Part shown: positions 12,568 through 25,904 of the stretch, piece after piece | How the letters are laid out: each line of letters opens with the position of its first letter | How positions within the stretch are numbered: the first letter of the stretch is position 1 | Assembly (NCBI RefSeq): GCF_006345805.1 | Contig: NC_043001.1 | Coordinates: 2,728,001-2,792,000 of the forward strand | Reading direction: 5' to 3' | DNA length: 64,000 nt | Source of the DNA: Octopus sinensis | Taxonomy: Eukaryota | The notes under the pieces: generated by a model | What the model was told of the DNA's origin: nothing | Seen by the model: the letters and a program-made list of their open reading frames with translations, nothing else | Database searches by the model: none | Made by a program: the position numbers and the translations under genes

Positions 12568-12972
12568 TCTATATCAATCTCTCTCTATATATAAAGCTGA
12601 AGTTGTCTGTGTATGGCAGGTATGAGAACCTTCAACTAACACTATCTCCTCCGAGACCCTGCGACGTAAGTTGACCAAAATTGAGAGCATGATAGAAGAA
12701 GGCTTGCTCTTCCTTTTGTAGAAGAAAAAATTCAAATTGGACCATGTTAACACCAAAAATTATTTACATCAAAAAGGTGCTATTTTTCTATGAAAATCCC
12801 TATTTTTTACGATTTTTTGACTGCTGTGTCGCCATTTTTCTGTGTATTTCAACCAGAAAAATGTTCACATAAAGAGAATAACAAGCTACATAATGCAAAA
12901 TTTTTACTTTTCAAAACATTCCAATTCTAAAGGGTCGAAACAAACCCAAGCAACGCCGGACGATACTGCTAG
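12568..12972 (+). mobile_element. Non-autonomous Helitron (~405 bp)
   Basis: A|TC 5' end with TCTATATATAAA-type start; subterminal CCCAAGCAACGCCGGACG (degenerate hairpin); CTAG|T 3' end; no TSD. Confidence 0.82.
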
Positions 12973-13854
12973 TGTTTAATAAAAATATTTACTTCCCATG
13001 TTTAAACATAAAACTTGTTTTATTGAAATACATCTATCGCTGAATATTTAACACATTTTCAACCCTTTGTCATCATCATCATCATTATTGTTATTATTGT
13101 TGTTATTGTTATTATTATTTTTCATATGTATATATGTATTTATTTATTTATATGTGCGTATCTACATATCTATGTATCTATGAATGCATACACTCACTCA
13201 CAACACACACACATGCATATACATTCATATACATATATCTGTATTTATGCATGTGTGTATGTGTGTATGTGTGTGTATGTGTGAGTGTGTGTGTGTGTAT
13301 GTCTGTATGTTGGTGCATATTTGTGTTTGTCTGTATTGGTTTCGTTGACATCCTTGTAACTTTGCAGTTCAGTAAAAAGGTCCAGTAGAGTAAGTATTAG
13401 ATTTAAAATAGCTACAATAATTCATTTAACCTACTGACCCTTCAAAGCAGTGCTCCAGCATGGCTGCAGTTTGATGATGGAAGGATTTATATGAATGAAA
13501 TAGCAAAAAATAGAAAAGAAGGTTGATTTTTATTTTGAGGGAGATCTGACTACCACTTCTTGCAGTTTGTGTGATTACATAAATGCTTTCTCAGTGACCA
13601 TCTGCTCTGGCCGTAATAAGGACAGGAGGCAGTGACCATAATCTTTGACAAAGAGCCTGAAACTTGTTGGAAGATGGAGGAAAGTCTCACCACCAGGAGA
13701 CTTGGCCTGAACGTTTTGCAACTGAGTGGATGCTGCCAAAGACAGCCAAGGGGCCAAGTGGTGGTCTCCATCCAAATCAATGGATCAGCATCAGTGTCAG
13801 CATCAGTGAGATTTGATCTCAGGACAAAAAGGGTCAGAATAAATACAGGTTACA

Positions 13855-14075
13855 AATTTTGGCACAAGGCCAGCAATTTATGGTTGAGCATAAGTTAATT
13901 ATGTCATCCCCAGTGCTAAACAGACACTTGTTTCGGCAAACCCAAAAGAATGCAGATCAAAGTCGACCGTAGTGAAATTTGAACACAGAACGTAAAGATG
14001 AACGGAATATTGTGAAGTATTTTGCCCAACATGCGGAAGATTCGGTGAAATTCCTGCCGTGGGTATAACAACTCT
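13855..14075 (-). mobile_element. tRNA-derived SINE family B, degraded
   Basis: TTTTGGCACAAGGCC tail and GAAATTTGAACACAGAACGTAAAG B-box region, as in other family B copies. Confidence 0.7.
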
Positions 14076-14569
14076 TAGGAAGCATTCTGTCCAACATTCT
14101 AATGGCGCTGTTGACTTGCTACTGAAGTTGTAACTTACTCCAAGTTCTAGAGGTCATATGTTCAATCCCACCTTGGGCAAATATTTTTTACTCTTACCAC
14201 AAGCTGAGAAAACCTTGGGAGTAAATTTGGTTGATTGAAATAAGAAGAAGCCTGTTGTATGTATGCATGTGTGTGTGTGTGTGTGTCCTCTTGTGTGTGT
14301 GTGTGTGTAAATGTGTTCCCATGTGGGTGTGTGTGTGTGTATCCTTATCTTCACATCAGGTGATGGCTGTAAATGAGCTTCACCATTATACAAGTGATCC
14401 TCCTTTCCAATCTTCTGAGAAGAACATGTCTGACTATGGGGAAATTTTATCTTACTTGGAACAAATAAGGGTTGGCAACAGGAAGAGCATCCCAAGTGTA
14501 GAAACTTGGCTTAATGAAACTTCCATCAGACCCATGCAAGCGAAGAAATGGGGACATCAAAATGATGAT

Positions 14570-14579
14570 GATCATAATA

Positions 14580-14612
<33 letters not shown>

Positions 14613-14638
14613 CTGATGCTGATGCTGATGATGATATT

Positions 14639-14681
<43 letters not shown>

Positions 14682-14785
14682 GTGCGTATATATATACATA
14701 CATATATATGTGTGTGTATATATGTATATATATATATATATATATGTATGTATACATATACATAGATATATACATATATGTATAC

Positions 14786-14816
<31 letters not shown>

Positions 14817-15015
14817 TATGTATATATATATATACATAGAAGCACACATATATGTGTGTCTGTGTATATGTGTGTATGTGTGTATGTGTATATATATACA
14901 CACACACACACACACCTATGTACATACACATATATATGATATATGTATGTAAATGTGTACACACACACACACACATGCACATACACACGTACACACGCAC
15001 ACACACACATATATG
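14570..15015. repeat. Compound (GAT)n/(TA)n/(CA)n microsatellite
   Basis: Direct inspection. Confidence 0.95.
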
Positions 15016-15667
15016 TTGCCACGCACACCAATAACTTTGCAAAGCTGTCTGAAACTCGATCAAAAGATAGAAGGCAAGTCTATAATTTGCAAGTCTAGAT
15101 TACAGAAAGCCATTATCTGCTTGAGGTTATTGAAGATTATTTAATATTTATCATATATTCATCATGTTATAGTAATACAGCACCTGAGGTGGCATTTCTA
15201 CAGCATCAGCTGCTAATTGAGGTGTTTTATTTAGATAGAACGAACAAACTGGAAGAGCTGTGATGATCTTTAAAATTTGCATGGTTTTCCAAAATCACTT
15301 TAATAGAATACAATTGAAGGCACCGTTAACAGGAATGATTTGATAATCTTGGAAGATTTATGAAACTGGTGAGTGACAGTGAGAATTTAGTATAAAGAAT
15401 TATTCTGAATCTTACCCCGAAGTAAACTGTCTGATCTGTTGTTGTTGTTGTTGTTGTTTATGATGTTGTTGTTATGAGGAGGGTGATATGCCAGCAGCTG
15501 ATTGTATTAACCTGAAGCTACTAAACAGACTTGGTATAATACTAGTAATTATAAATATTCTCCTGGCATTGAAACATTTAAAACTGTTCAATGAAGATAT
15601 TAAAATCTAGCGGTTGACGAGTTAAACTGTTTGTCCAAGAGTGATTAGGGATCCCTTTAAGTCTTGT

Positions 15668-16745
15668 AGGTGTGGCTGAGTGGTAAGAAGCTTGCTTCCA
15701 AACCACATGGTTTTCCTGGTTCAGTTCCACGATATGGCACCTTGGGGAAGTGCCTTCAACTCTAGCCTGGGGCCAATCAATGCCTTGTGAGTAGATTTGG
15801 TAAATGGAAACTGAAAGAAGCCTATTGTATATAGATAAATCATCATCATCATCATCATCGTTTAACGATCGTTTTCCAGGCTAGCATGGGTATATTTAGA
15901 TACAGGAGTGGCTGTGTGGTAAGTAGCTTGTTTACCAGCCACATCGTTCCGGGTTCAGTTCCACTGTGTGGCACATTTGGCAAGTGTTTTCTACTAAAGC
16001 TTTGGGTCAACCAAAGCCTAATGAGTGGATTTGGTAGATGGAAACTGAAAGAAGCATGGCTCCTGTGCTGGTGGAATGTAAAAAGCATCCACTATACTCT
16101 CAGAGTGGTTGGCATTAGGAAGGGCATCCAGCTGTAGAAACTTAGCCAAATCAGACTGGAACCTGGTGCAGCCGCTGGCTCTCCAGACCTCAGTCAAACC
16201 GTCCAACCCATGCCAGCATGGAAAGCAGATGTTGAATGATGATGATGATGATGATTATGCATATGTGTATGTGCATATGCTTGTGTGTTGTGTTTGTCCC
16301 CTACCATCACTTGTCAACTGACATTGGTGTGTTTACGTCCCTGTAACTTAGCGGTTTGGCAAAAGTGTCCAATAGAATAAATCCTGGGGTCGATTTGTTC
16401 GACTAAAGGCAGTGCTCCAGCATGACCACAGTCAAATGACTGAAATAGATAAAAGAATATGCATATATGTGTGTATAAAATATGTATACACACATATATA
16501 CATCTATGTGTGTGCATCTGTGTGTATCATTGTGTCTGTTGGCTCCCCCCACCCACAGCTTGATAACCTGTATTAATGTATGTCCCTCATGACTTAGTGG
16601 TTCAGCAAAAGAGACCGATATGATAAGTACCATGCTTAAAAAAATTTAAAAAATAAAGTACTGAGGTTGATTCATTCAACAAAAATTTCTTCAAGTGCCC
16701 CAGCATGGCCAGAATCTTATGACTGAAACAAAATAAACATAAACG
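15668..16745 (+). mobile_element. Cluster of SINE A heads (15668, 15900), RTE tail (16061-16255) and SINE A tails (16280, 16530)
   Basis: Repeated head GGCTG(A/T)GTGGTAAG, RTE tail motif and ACTTAGCGGTTTGGCAAAAG tail motifs. Confidence 0.82.
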
Positions 16746-16774
16746 ATAAGATATAATCGATAACGATTTTAAAT

Positions 16775-17218
16775 TTTGGCACAAGGCCAGCAAATTTGTG
16801 GAAGAAGGTAAGTAGATTACATTGATCCCTAGTGCATAACTGGTACTTATTTTATTGACCCCGAAAGGATGAAAAGCAAAGCTGACCTCAGTGGAATTTG
16901 AACCCAGAATTTGAAGAGGGCTAAAATGTGGCTGAGCATTTCTCCCAGCGTGCTGACCATTCTAGCTGCTCACCACCTTCTAACCTATTGATATTCTTTT
17001 CTACTCTTGGCACAAGGCCCAAATTTTTTGGGGGTGGGGGCCAGTTGATTAGATTGACCCCAGTACACAACTGGTAGTTAATTTATCAACCTCAAAAAGA
17101 TGAAACAAAAATTGACTTTGGCAGAATTTGAACTCAGAGGGTAAAGACAGACGGAATACCGCTAAGCATTTCACTCAACGTGCTGACCATTCTAGCCGCT
17201 CACCACCTTAAAGCCAAT
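16775..17218 (-). mobile_element. Two tandem SINE family B copies
   Basis: GGCACAAGGCC tails at ~16778 and ~17009; GACCCCGAAAGGATGAAA core; GCTCACCACCTT heads at ~16970 and ~17200. Confidence 0.85.
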
Positions 17219-18094
17219 TGATGTTACCCAATTGACATAAACAGTCTTTCATCAAGTTGTGCCAGCCTCTGCCTCACAGAGGTTCTCTCTTCTCACATTG
17301 TGAAAGGACATAACTCCAAGTTGTAAGGAATTCGGCCTCAGAATGGTCACATTGTATGTTCAGTTCTTGGACTTAGTCGCAGGATTTTAACTAATCCTGA
17401 TCTAACTGCGGACCTTGTGCCAGAATCAGAAAACCTTATAATCGACAGCAAGACAAGTGTCTCTGTGCCTCTGTCATAGTCTGACCCCTTACCTGGGACC
17501 CAGCCACTCCTTTCTGTTCCACTTCCCCTCACAAATAAGAGGTCTTTGTCTTGCGATTCACTTGGCAATCCTGCTGGTGCCACACATGAGGCATCTGGGC
17601 TGGTGTGACATAAAAACTGCCCAGTACACTTGGTAAAGGGGTTGGCCTAACAGACAACTGGAGCCGGGTGCAGCCCTCTGGCCTTGCCACTCCTGTCAGA
17701 CTATCCGACTCAGGCCAGCATTGAAAATGGACATTAAATGGTGATGATGATGATGATGATGATGATAAGGAGAAGGAAGTGGAGGAGGAGTCTACATACG
17801 TTCTATTACCACCACTACCACTGCCACTGCTGCTGCTGCTCTATTTGTCAATGAGAGATCCTCAATGTGGTCTCATGATCGGCTAAAAATAGCAGCCAGA
17901 TTTTCTTTCAAAACTTTGCTCACAGTCTTATAAAAGGAAGGATATATTGGACAATATAGTTATGGATATATTTCATAAAGGAATTCAGATGGAATGGTCA
18001 CGGCTGGAAGACTTTGATAATAGTTCTTGCTTCATCAAAACTAACCAGGACCTACACCACCAACAACAAAACACCAAAAGGCACAAGAAAATCA

Positions 18095-18130
<36 letters not shown>

Positions 18131-18172
18131 GCTACTGCTGTTGCTGCTGCTGCTACTGCTGCTGCTGCTGCC
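18095..18172. repeat. (CTA)n/(CTG)n microsatellite
   Basis: Direct inspection. Confidence 0.95.
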
Positions 18173-20472
18173 GTCACACAAACACACACCTCTGCTAAAA
18201 TTCCATACCATTTTTTTTTGTTTTTATCTTTGTCTAGATTATGGTTGCCAGTGGTTTTGTCTCATTGTAGAAACCAAATTACTGTTTGTGTTGGCTGGAA
18301 ACAATTTTCTCATCACTTTCAGAACTAATGTCTTTTGGTAAATTCAAAATCATCACACTTTACCATTTCCTGTTCCATAAAAAAACAAAAAAAAACAAAA
18401 CCACCTCCATTCTCTTTGTGGCTGTTTAACAAGGAAATCTTTATTTCCTTCGCTGTTGTTACTGCTCTGAATCAATAAATATAAATACAGCTTTATCCCA
18501 TTAGAGCCAGACAACAGCAGACAAATTCCAGACAATAATCCTTCAGTTTGATTTGGTCAGATTCATTGTTCCAAGAGATATAGATTCTATGAAAATGAGT
18601 CAAGATTTATATAGATTCAAACATTGTTTGAGTGGAAAAATGGAAATATTAAAATCTAACATCAATGACCTGTTATTTTGGAAACACGTTTTAAATCTGC
18701 AAAAGTTAGACAAAAAAATATTTTCGTTAGAACAAGCCATACACACATCCTCACAGAAATAAAAACAAATGCAAAGAGCAAAAGTAAAAAGCAAAATGCA
18801 TTAAGGTAATTTATTCAATTTCTATGCATTTGTAATGTAAAAAAAAAGAAAAAACCAGAAAACAACTGCATCCTGGATAAGTCATGCTTGGCTGTATTGC
18901 AAATTGTGTCACTGGTTATGTCATAGATGTGTGGATGAGACATTTCAGCATTTCATCAAAGACAATTTGTGTTAAGGAATAAATGGAAACGAAAATGAAT
19001 TTAACAGGTTTTGTTTCATCATCGTCATCATCATCATCATCATCGTCGTCATCATCATGATCACTGCTGCCATCATCATCCTCATCATCATCATCATCAC
19101 CACCACCACCACCATCCACCACCACACCACCACCACAATCATCATCATCATTTAGCATCTGTTTTCCCTTCTGGCATGAGTTGGACAGTCTGACAGGAGT
19201 TGGTAAGGCAGGAGTGTGTATGTGGGGGGGGGACACCAGTTTCTATTATCTGTCATGGCATGGTTTCTATGGCAGGACGCCCCCCACTTTCTTAATGGGT
19301 GCCTTCTTAAGTGGCACAGGTTCTTTTTACGTGACACCATCACCAGTGCCTTTTCTGTGGCACCATCACCATTTACTATATGTAATATGGGGTGGGGGCT
19401 TCTTTGCTTCTGTTTGGCCTGCTAACATTAGCAACTTTATTTCCATTGATTCCCACCCATTACTGTATCAAAAAATCAAGGAAGGACAACCTGGGTCATA
19501 TGTTCCTACATGTACTAATGATAATGATGATGATGATAATGATGATGATGATGAGGATAATGATGATGATGATGATGATGGAAGATCTCCATTGTTTGAC
19601 AGCAAACTGTTTTTTACATTCAACCACATTGTCTCTTCATTGATTTTAATGTGGTTGAGTATTCCACTGCCATGTGTAATGTGGAAACTGGCCGATTGTT
19701 GCCTCAAAAAGAAAACTGAAAAGAACACTCGGAAACAATTCAATGACAAAACAATTTCATAAAAAACACAGAAACTTATATTCTTCTTCTTCTTCTTCTT
19801 CTTTCTTTTAGATGTTTCCACTCTTCAATTAGTTGTTCTCGCCTCAACGTCTGAACCTCGACTGAATGGTCCATAACAATCACAGCATCTTCATTTTGTC
19901 TTTCTTTTCTTTGACTAGTTGTTTGTGTCTAGATGTCCAAACCTTGACTCCCCAGTCGTTGACAATCTTGGCTCTTTTACAATATGTCATTCTTTGAAAT
20001 TTGCCAATGCTATCAAACATGAAGTCGACCAATACAAAAAAACATGAGGTGCCAATTCGTAAAATACACGTCACGACATGTAACCTTAAATTAATTCACA
20101 GGTAAAATAAGCCTGACTCAATGTGTGACACAGATATACTTTCTGAATTACAGGTAGAAACTACCAGACAGGCTTGCAAAACAGATTTTGTCTTCCCAGT
20201 TTCACTTCACAGGTATGAGGCAAACTGAGGTTTTAGAAAATAGTATTTGCTCAAGATGCCATGTAGTGGGATTGAACCCATGACCTCATCGTTGCAAAGC
20301 TGATGTCTTAACCAATTGGCTATGCACCGAAATACAATTGATCACAATAAAAAGACAGGATGGCCATGGCTGGAATACTTTCAAAAATATGTCTTTTCCT
20401 TTAGGATTGGCCTATGAGGAAAATGCATCAAGCTGCAAACATAAAAACAAAAAAACCTTTGTGATGCTGCTT

Positions 20473-20547
<75 letters not shown>

Positions 20548-20679
20548 ATGACGACGACGACAATAATTGCGAGATGCAGTACCAGGCAGTGGCTCTCATG
20601 TCTTCTGATCTCAACTGATTGGAAGTGTTATCATGTACATTGTTTTATCTTGGTATAAAAGATGGGCTACAGCAAATAT

Positions 20680-21121
20680 TCTGCTCAATACCACAGATTT
20701 GCTTGTCAGTTGTTTGACCGTAACCCGTTGAGCATGTCCCTTAATGGCTGACGATATGTGCATCTCTGATCACGAGCAAAAGTATTGGGGGATCATCATA
20801 GCCATGTGCTGAGAGGAATTCTTTGGGGTTTGAATAATTCACTTCTGGAAACATGGGTGTTTCGTTCATCATCCTGAAACAACCCTTATTCAAGGACCTT
20901 TTGAGTGGGATGGGCTACTCGACCAGAACAACATTCTAACTGGGCCCCACCTGCAAGGTCATGTGCTGTTTATCTTGATATAAGATCACCATGATACGCA
21001 CATATGGTTGAGATGCATGTGCCTGGTATACCCTTATTAAATGGGTAGTCATAATGGGTATACTAGGCTTTGTATATTTTATCCCAGTTTCATTTTGATG
21101 GCATGCACTGCTCTCTCACTC

Positions 21122-21163
<42 letters not shown>

Positions 21164-21165
21164 CA
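20680..21165 (+). mobile_element. Probable retroposon 3' end with (TAA)n tail
   Basis: GC-richer block ending CTCTCTCACTC(AAT)n; single copy in the window, family recognised from memory only. Confidence 0.4.
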
Positions 21166-21179
21166 TAGTAGTAGTAGTA

Positions 21180-21211
<32 letters not shown>

Positions 21212-21289
21212 AAATGAGATCCCTGTCTTCTTCCCCATCCACCATGATATACCATACCTTTTATTTGAATCAAACCCAGTACATTTTTT

Positions 21290-21560
21290 TCTAACCTGGT
21301 ATTTGTTGTATTGGTTTCTTTTGTTGACCTGCTAAGTTATGAGGATGTAAACACACCAACACCGGTTGTCAAGCAGTGTTGGGGAAAAAACACAGTCTCA
21401 AAGATACACACACACATTTGACGGGCTTCTTTCAGTTTCCATCTACCAAACCTACACCTGAGGCTATTGTAGAAGATACTTACCAAAGGTGCCATGCAGT
21501 GGGACTGATCCCAGAACCATGTGGGAGGGAAGCATGCTTCTTACCACACAGTCACACCCG
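21290..21560 (-). mobile_element. SINE family A copy
   Basis: GGGCTTCTTTCAGTTTCC core and CTTACCACACAG head on +. Confidence 0.82.
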
Positions 21561-22049
21561 TACCGATCTCATCCAAGAGTGTTACGGTCATCCCTTATTT
21601 AGTTAAAAGTACAGTAACACGTTTTTAAGTAACAGTTTTACAAATTCTGGAGAATTACCATTTGAAATTAACAGAGTCTGCCTCCTTTCTTTTTCTCCTT
21701 TTCTCATTTTACCATTTTCAAAGACATTTCCTCTTTCTTTCTCTCCATTTCTTGGTTTCTTTCTTTCTCTTTTGCCTCACCTTCCACCAGAAACTTCTCA
21801 TTCTATCACACCACAACCACCCCCTTCAGCTTCCCTCTCCAATTTCCTCTCAAACAATTGTTTCAGCTTCATTTCTTTCCTATTTGCTTGTCTACTGCCC
21901 AAGCTACAGCACATCTGTCTCTGTCTTTCTCACACCCAGACGAATGGTGAGGACTCAAAATGTTGGATTCTAAATCACTCCACAACACTTCACATAAATT
22001 AAATTCTTACAGCCTCTCCTAAAAGCTTGTCCTATTCACTAATTATTGG

Positions 22050-22245
22050 TTTGAAAGTTTGGTACAAGGTCAGTAATTTCGTGGGAGAGGAGGTTTGTCA
22101 ACTACATCGATCCCAGTGCATAACTGGTACTTATTTTATGGACCCTAAAAGGAAAAATGGCAAAGATGACCTCAGCTGAATTTGAACCCAGGACATAAAA
22201 ACCGATGAATTGTATCTAAGCATTTCACCCATGATGCTAATGATT
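22050..22245 (-). mobile_element. SINE family B copy
   Basis: CCCAGTGCATAACTGGTACTTATTTTA core and GAATTTGAACCCAG B-box region. Confidence 0.75.
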
Positions 22246-23070
22246 CTATTATTTTACCCTAAAAAAAACAAGAAATTTAATTAGATTGAGATTTCAATGC
22301 TTATTTTTTTAAATTCTTAGTTAGTCAAGGACATCAATAATGAATTATTTCTGGGGATATTTAGAATCTTGGCAAAACTTATTTTGTTTTTGGCAGCTAC
22401 ATATCTACCTTGTACTTAAATTGATTTCCCAACAGGTCATTGATCAGGTTGGATTCAATCAGGTTAATAAGAAGTTGTATTTTCTCTACTTCAATTACCA
22501 TTTTATATGAAGTCTGAACATTATTTATAGTTTTATGAAAAAAAGCAACATCCAGTTTCTATGGTTACAACATCACATAGTGAAGTGTATGGCCAACATT
22601 TTTAATATAGTTAACCCGGGAGACGTACCTAATCAATTAAAACTACATCTGTTAGTAAGAAGGTAAAAAAACGCTAATGATTATTACTGGCAAGACATGG
22701 GAGACAACTCTTAAATCTAAATTAATTTAAGCTTGAATAGAAACACATGCAGCGGGAAATGAATAATAAATATAAATATTTTATTTTAATCAAACGCGCA
22801 ATACACAGAATTTTGTTTGAAGTCATCATAATAATGTTGCATGAAGTAAATATTTTCTTCTGCAGTTGTTTTCTGATCTATTTTCTTTCATCTTTCTTAA
22901 CCACTCCGTCCTTACCCATCCACCCTCATCTCAACCCCTTCCCCCCTCATCCTGTGGAATTATATTTTGATTGATTATTAATTGATGATGCACAGTCAGC
23001 AATAATTGGTAGTGTATGTATACGCATGAATGTCTATATATGTACATAATATGTGTGTGAGTGTGTGTGT

Positions 23071-23116
<46 letters not shown>

Positions 23117-23444
23117 GTTTGTATCTGTATGTACATATATACAAGCATATTAACATACATTTACACACACACACATATATATGTATATGACTACAACTGT
23201 GCGTGTAGATTCACACACATGCACACACACACACACACACAAATACATGGGCATATATATGCATATATGTGATTATGATTTACCTCTTGCAAGGAAGATG
23301 AAAGCAAGATTTCTGTCAAAAATATCAAGACCCTGCCTTCTACAGCACCCTCCACACACACACTTCGCCACCACGTCAACACAACTGTGGCAATGAGAAA
23401 GACAATAAAGTTAGTAATTAGCCGACCAATAAATAACATGAGAA

Positions 23445-23640
<196 letters not shown>

Positions 23641-23937
23641 TAAATGAAATATATAAAGAGTATCAAAATATAGAATTAATTTGCAGTAAAAAAAACAATA
23701 AAAATGCCATTATGAAAATGTTCTTTGATAAACAATAAAGACCAAATTATAAAAAAAACAAGACTTAAAAACAGCAAATAATTCTGTGAAAAGAAATACA
23801 GAAAAAAAATGTGTAAGAAATTATAAATACTGACAAAAAATACAGAAAAATATACAGCAAAATTGAAGTAAAATGCGAAACATCAACATTTTTCTGGTTT
23901 TCTTGAGAGAAGAGAAAGAGAGCAGAAGACGCAGCAA

Positions 23938-23950
23938 GGCCGCCATATTT
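23938..23950 (-). promoter_or_regulatory. YY1-type motif (GCCGCCATATT) in a small CpG-containing unique island
   Basis: Matches the CCGCCATNTT consensus; minus strand reads AATATGGCGGCC. Confidence 0.3.
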
Positions 23951-24029
23951 ACTGGCAAATAAGTTGGAAGCAATCGGTAGTTATTACACTTTAAAGATGC
24001 AGAGAAATAACTTCTGAAGAGATCGGAAA

Positions 24030-24935
24030 AGATATGTGTGTGTCTGTATGTTTATTTAAGTGTCTGTGTTTATATAAATTTGTATATATATATTATATGT
24101 GTGTGTGTGTATATATATATTTCTCTCTTTGTCTATCTCTATCCATCTATCTATTTATCTACCTATCTATCTGTCTATCTATCTGTCTGTCTCTCTATCC
24201 ATCTATCGATCTGTCTGTCTGCCTATCTATCTATCCATCTATCTATCTATCTATCCATCTCTATCTATCTATCTCTATCTAACTATCTCTTTCTCTCTCT
24301 CTCTCTCTCAATATATATATATAGCGTTTTGCTAGTGTATTTTAATGATTTATATATTTTTTAAGCAGACAAATGCCACCCTAAGCTTGTTTTCTATAGT
24401 GACAATTGTTGTGAGTTGTAAGTGTGATATCAAACTAGAAATGTCTAGAATTGGAGCTAATTTAAAAATGGTTGATTAGTAGGTGAAGATAAGATAAAAT
24501 AAATGGAACACACAGACACACGCAGACACACACACATACACACACAAAGGATAGAGCAAAGTTAGTCATATATAATGCAACGCACACACACACACACATC
24601 TATACACGCAGATAGATTATATGTGCGTAAATACATATATATGAATGTATGTTATATATATATATATATATGTTCGTATAGATATTTATATATTTATATA
24701 TACATATATATATATATATATAGATGTAGATATATACATACATACATATATAAATATATATATGTATATATATGTGTGTGTGTGTGTATGTATATCTAAA
24801 TCTATATCTATTTCTGTACATTAAAGATGTGTTGTTCTTTTATATTTTAAGGAAAGTCAAGAAAATCAAACGCAAGTCTCTGTCATAATAAATCACCGCA
24901 AAAGGAAAGAAGAAGGAAAGGAAACCGAATAATTG

Positions 24936-24975
<40 letters not shown>

Positions 24976-25012
24976 GAGCAATAATAATAATAATAATAAT
25001 AATAATAAGAGC

Positions 25013-25047
<35 letters not shown>

Positions 25048-25064
25048 TAATAAAAATAATAATG

Positions 25065-25128
<64 letters not shown>

Positions 25129-25170
25129 TAACAATAACAATGATAATAATAATAATAATAATAATTAATA
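24030..25170. repeat. (TCTA)n, (TA/CA)n and (TAA)n microsatellite blocks
   Basis: Direct inspection. Confidence 0.93.
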
Positions 25171-25904
25171 TGAGAAAAAACAAGTTCTTTCCATTCTCAA
25201 AAGACATAGATGAGATGTACAAAGCAAAATAATAATAATAATTATTTCAATAATAATAATAATTGGGTTTTTTTAGTGACCAAAAAACAAACTATGATAA
25301 GGAAACAAAAGCTGAACGTGGTACTAAAACAGAAGTTATTGCCTTATTATTTTTTATTTCTTCCCCTCCCCTCCAATAAATATTCTAACTAACCAAATTT
25401 TCAGACTCACAAAATAAAGAACTGGACAAAACTAAACCTAAAAACAAGAAAAAAAAACTTAAAAACAAAAGGATCTTTATATAATTCCTTGAGTTATTAT
25501 TTTTTACTTTTCATCTTGGTTTTGTAATAAAAAAAACTTTCTTATTAATCACTTATTTTATTGTTTTATTTATTGTCCTTTGATTCAGCTTTGATATGAC
25601 GCCTTGCCTTTTCCCATTGTGTCATTTCAGGCACAAAATTTGTTGATGTTTTTCAGATGTAACTTAGACTTTGTTGACACATTAAGTAGAAATATTCAAT
25701 GGGGTTTGTGGAAATGTTTTTGTTTCTATGCTTAAGTGAGAATAAATTCTTGTTACAGACACTCGAAGCAGTGCAGATCTAAATAACAAAGTGCACACAG
25801 CTATTTGCATCTTGTTCCTGTTTGCATAATCTTGGAACGGTGTTTGCAAAAGTGTTAATCTCTAAGAAGTTGTTCTCTAACACTAAATCCCACAGCATGT
25901 GATG

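Noticed and set aside
21935-21968. Hammerhead-like CAGACGA...GACTCAAAATGTT
   Set aside because: The core is mutated at several positions and stem II does not pair; at most a dead relic.
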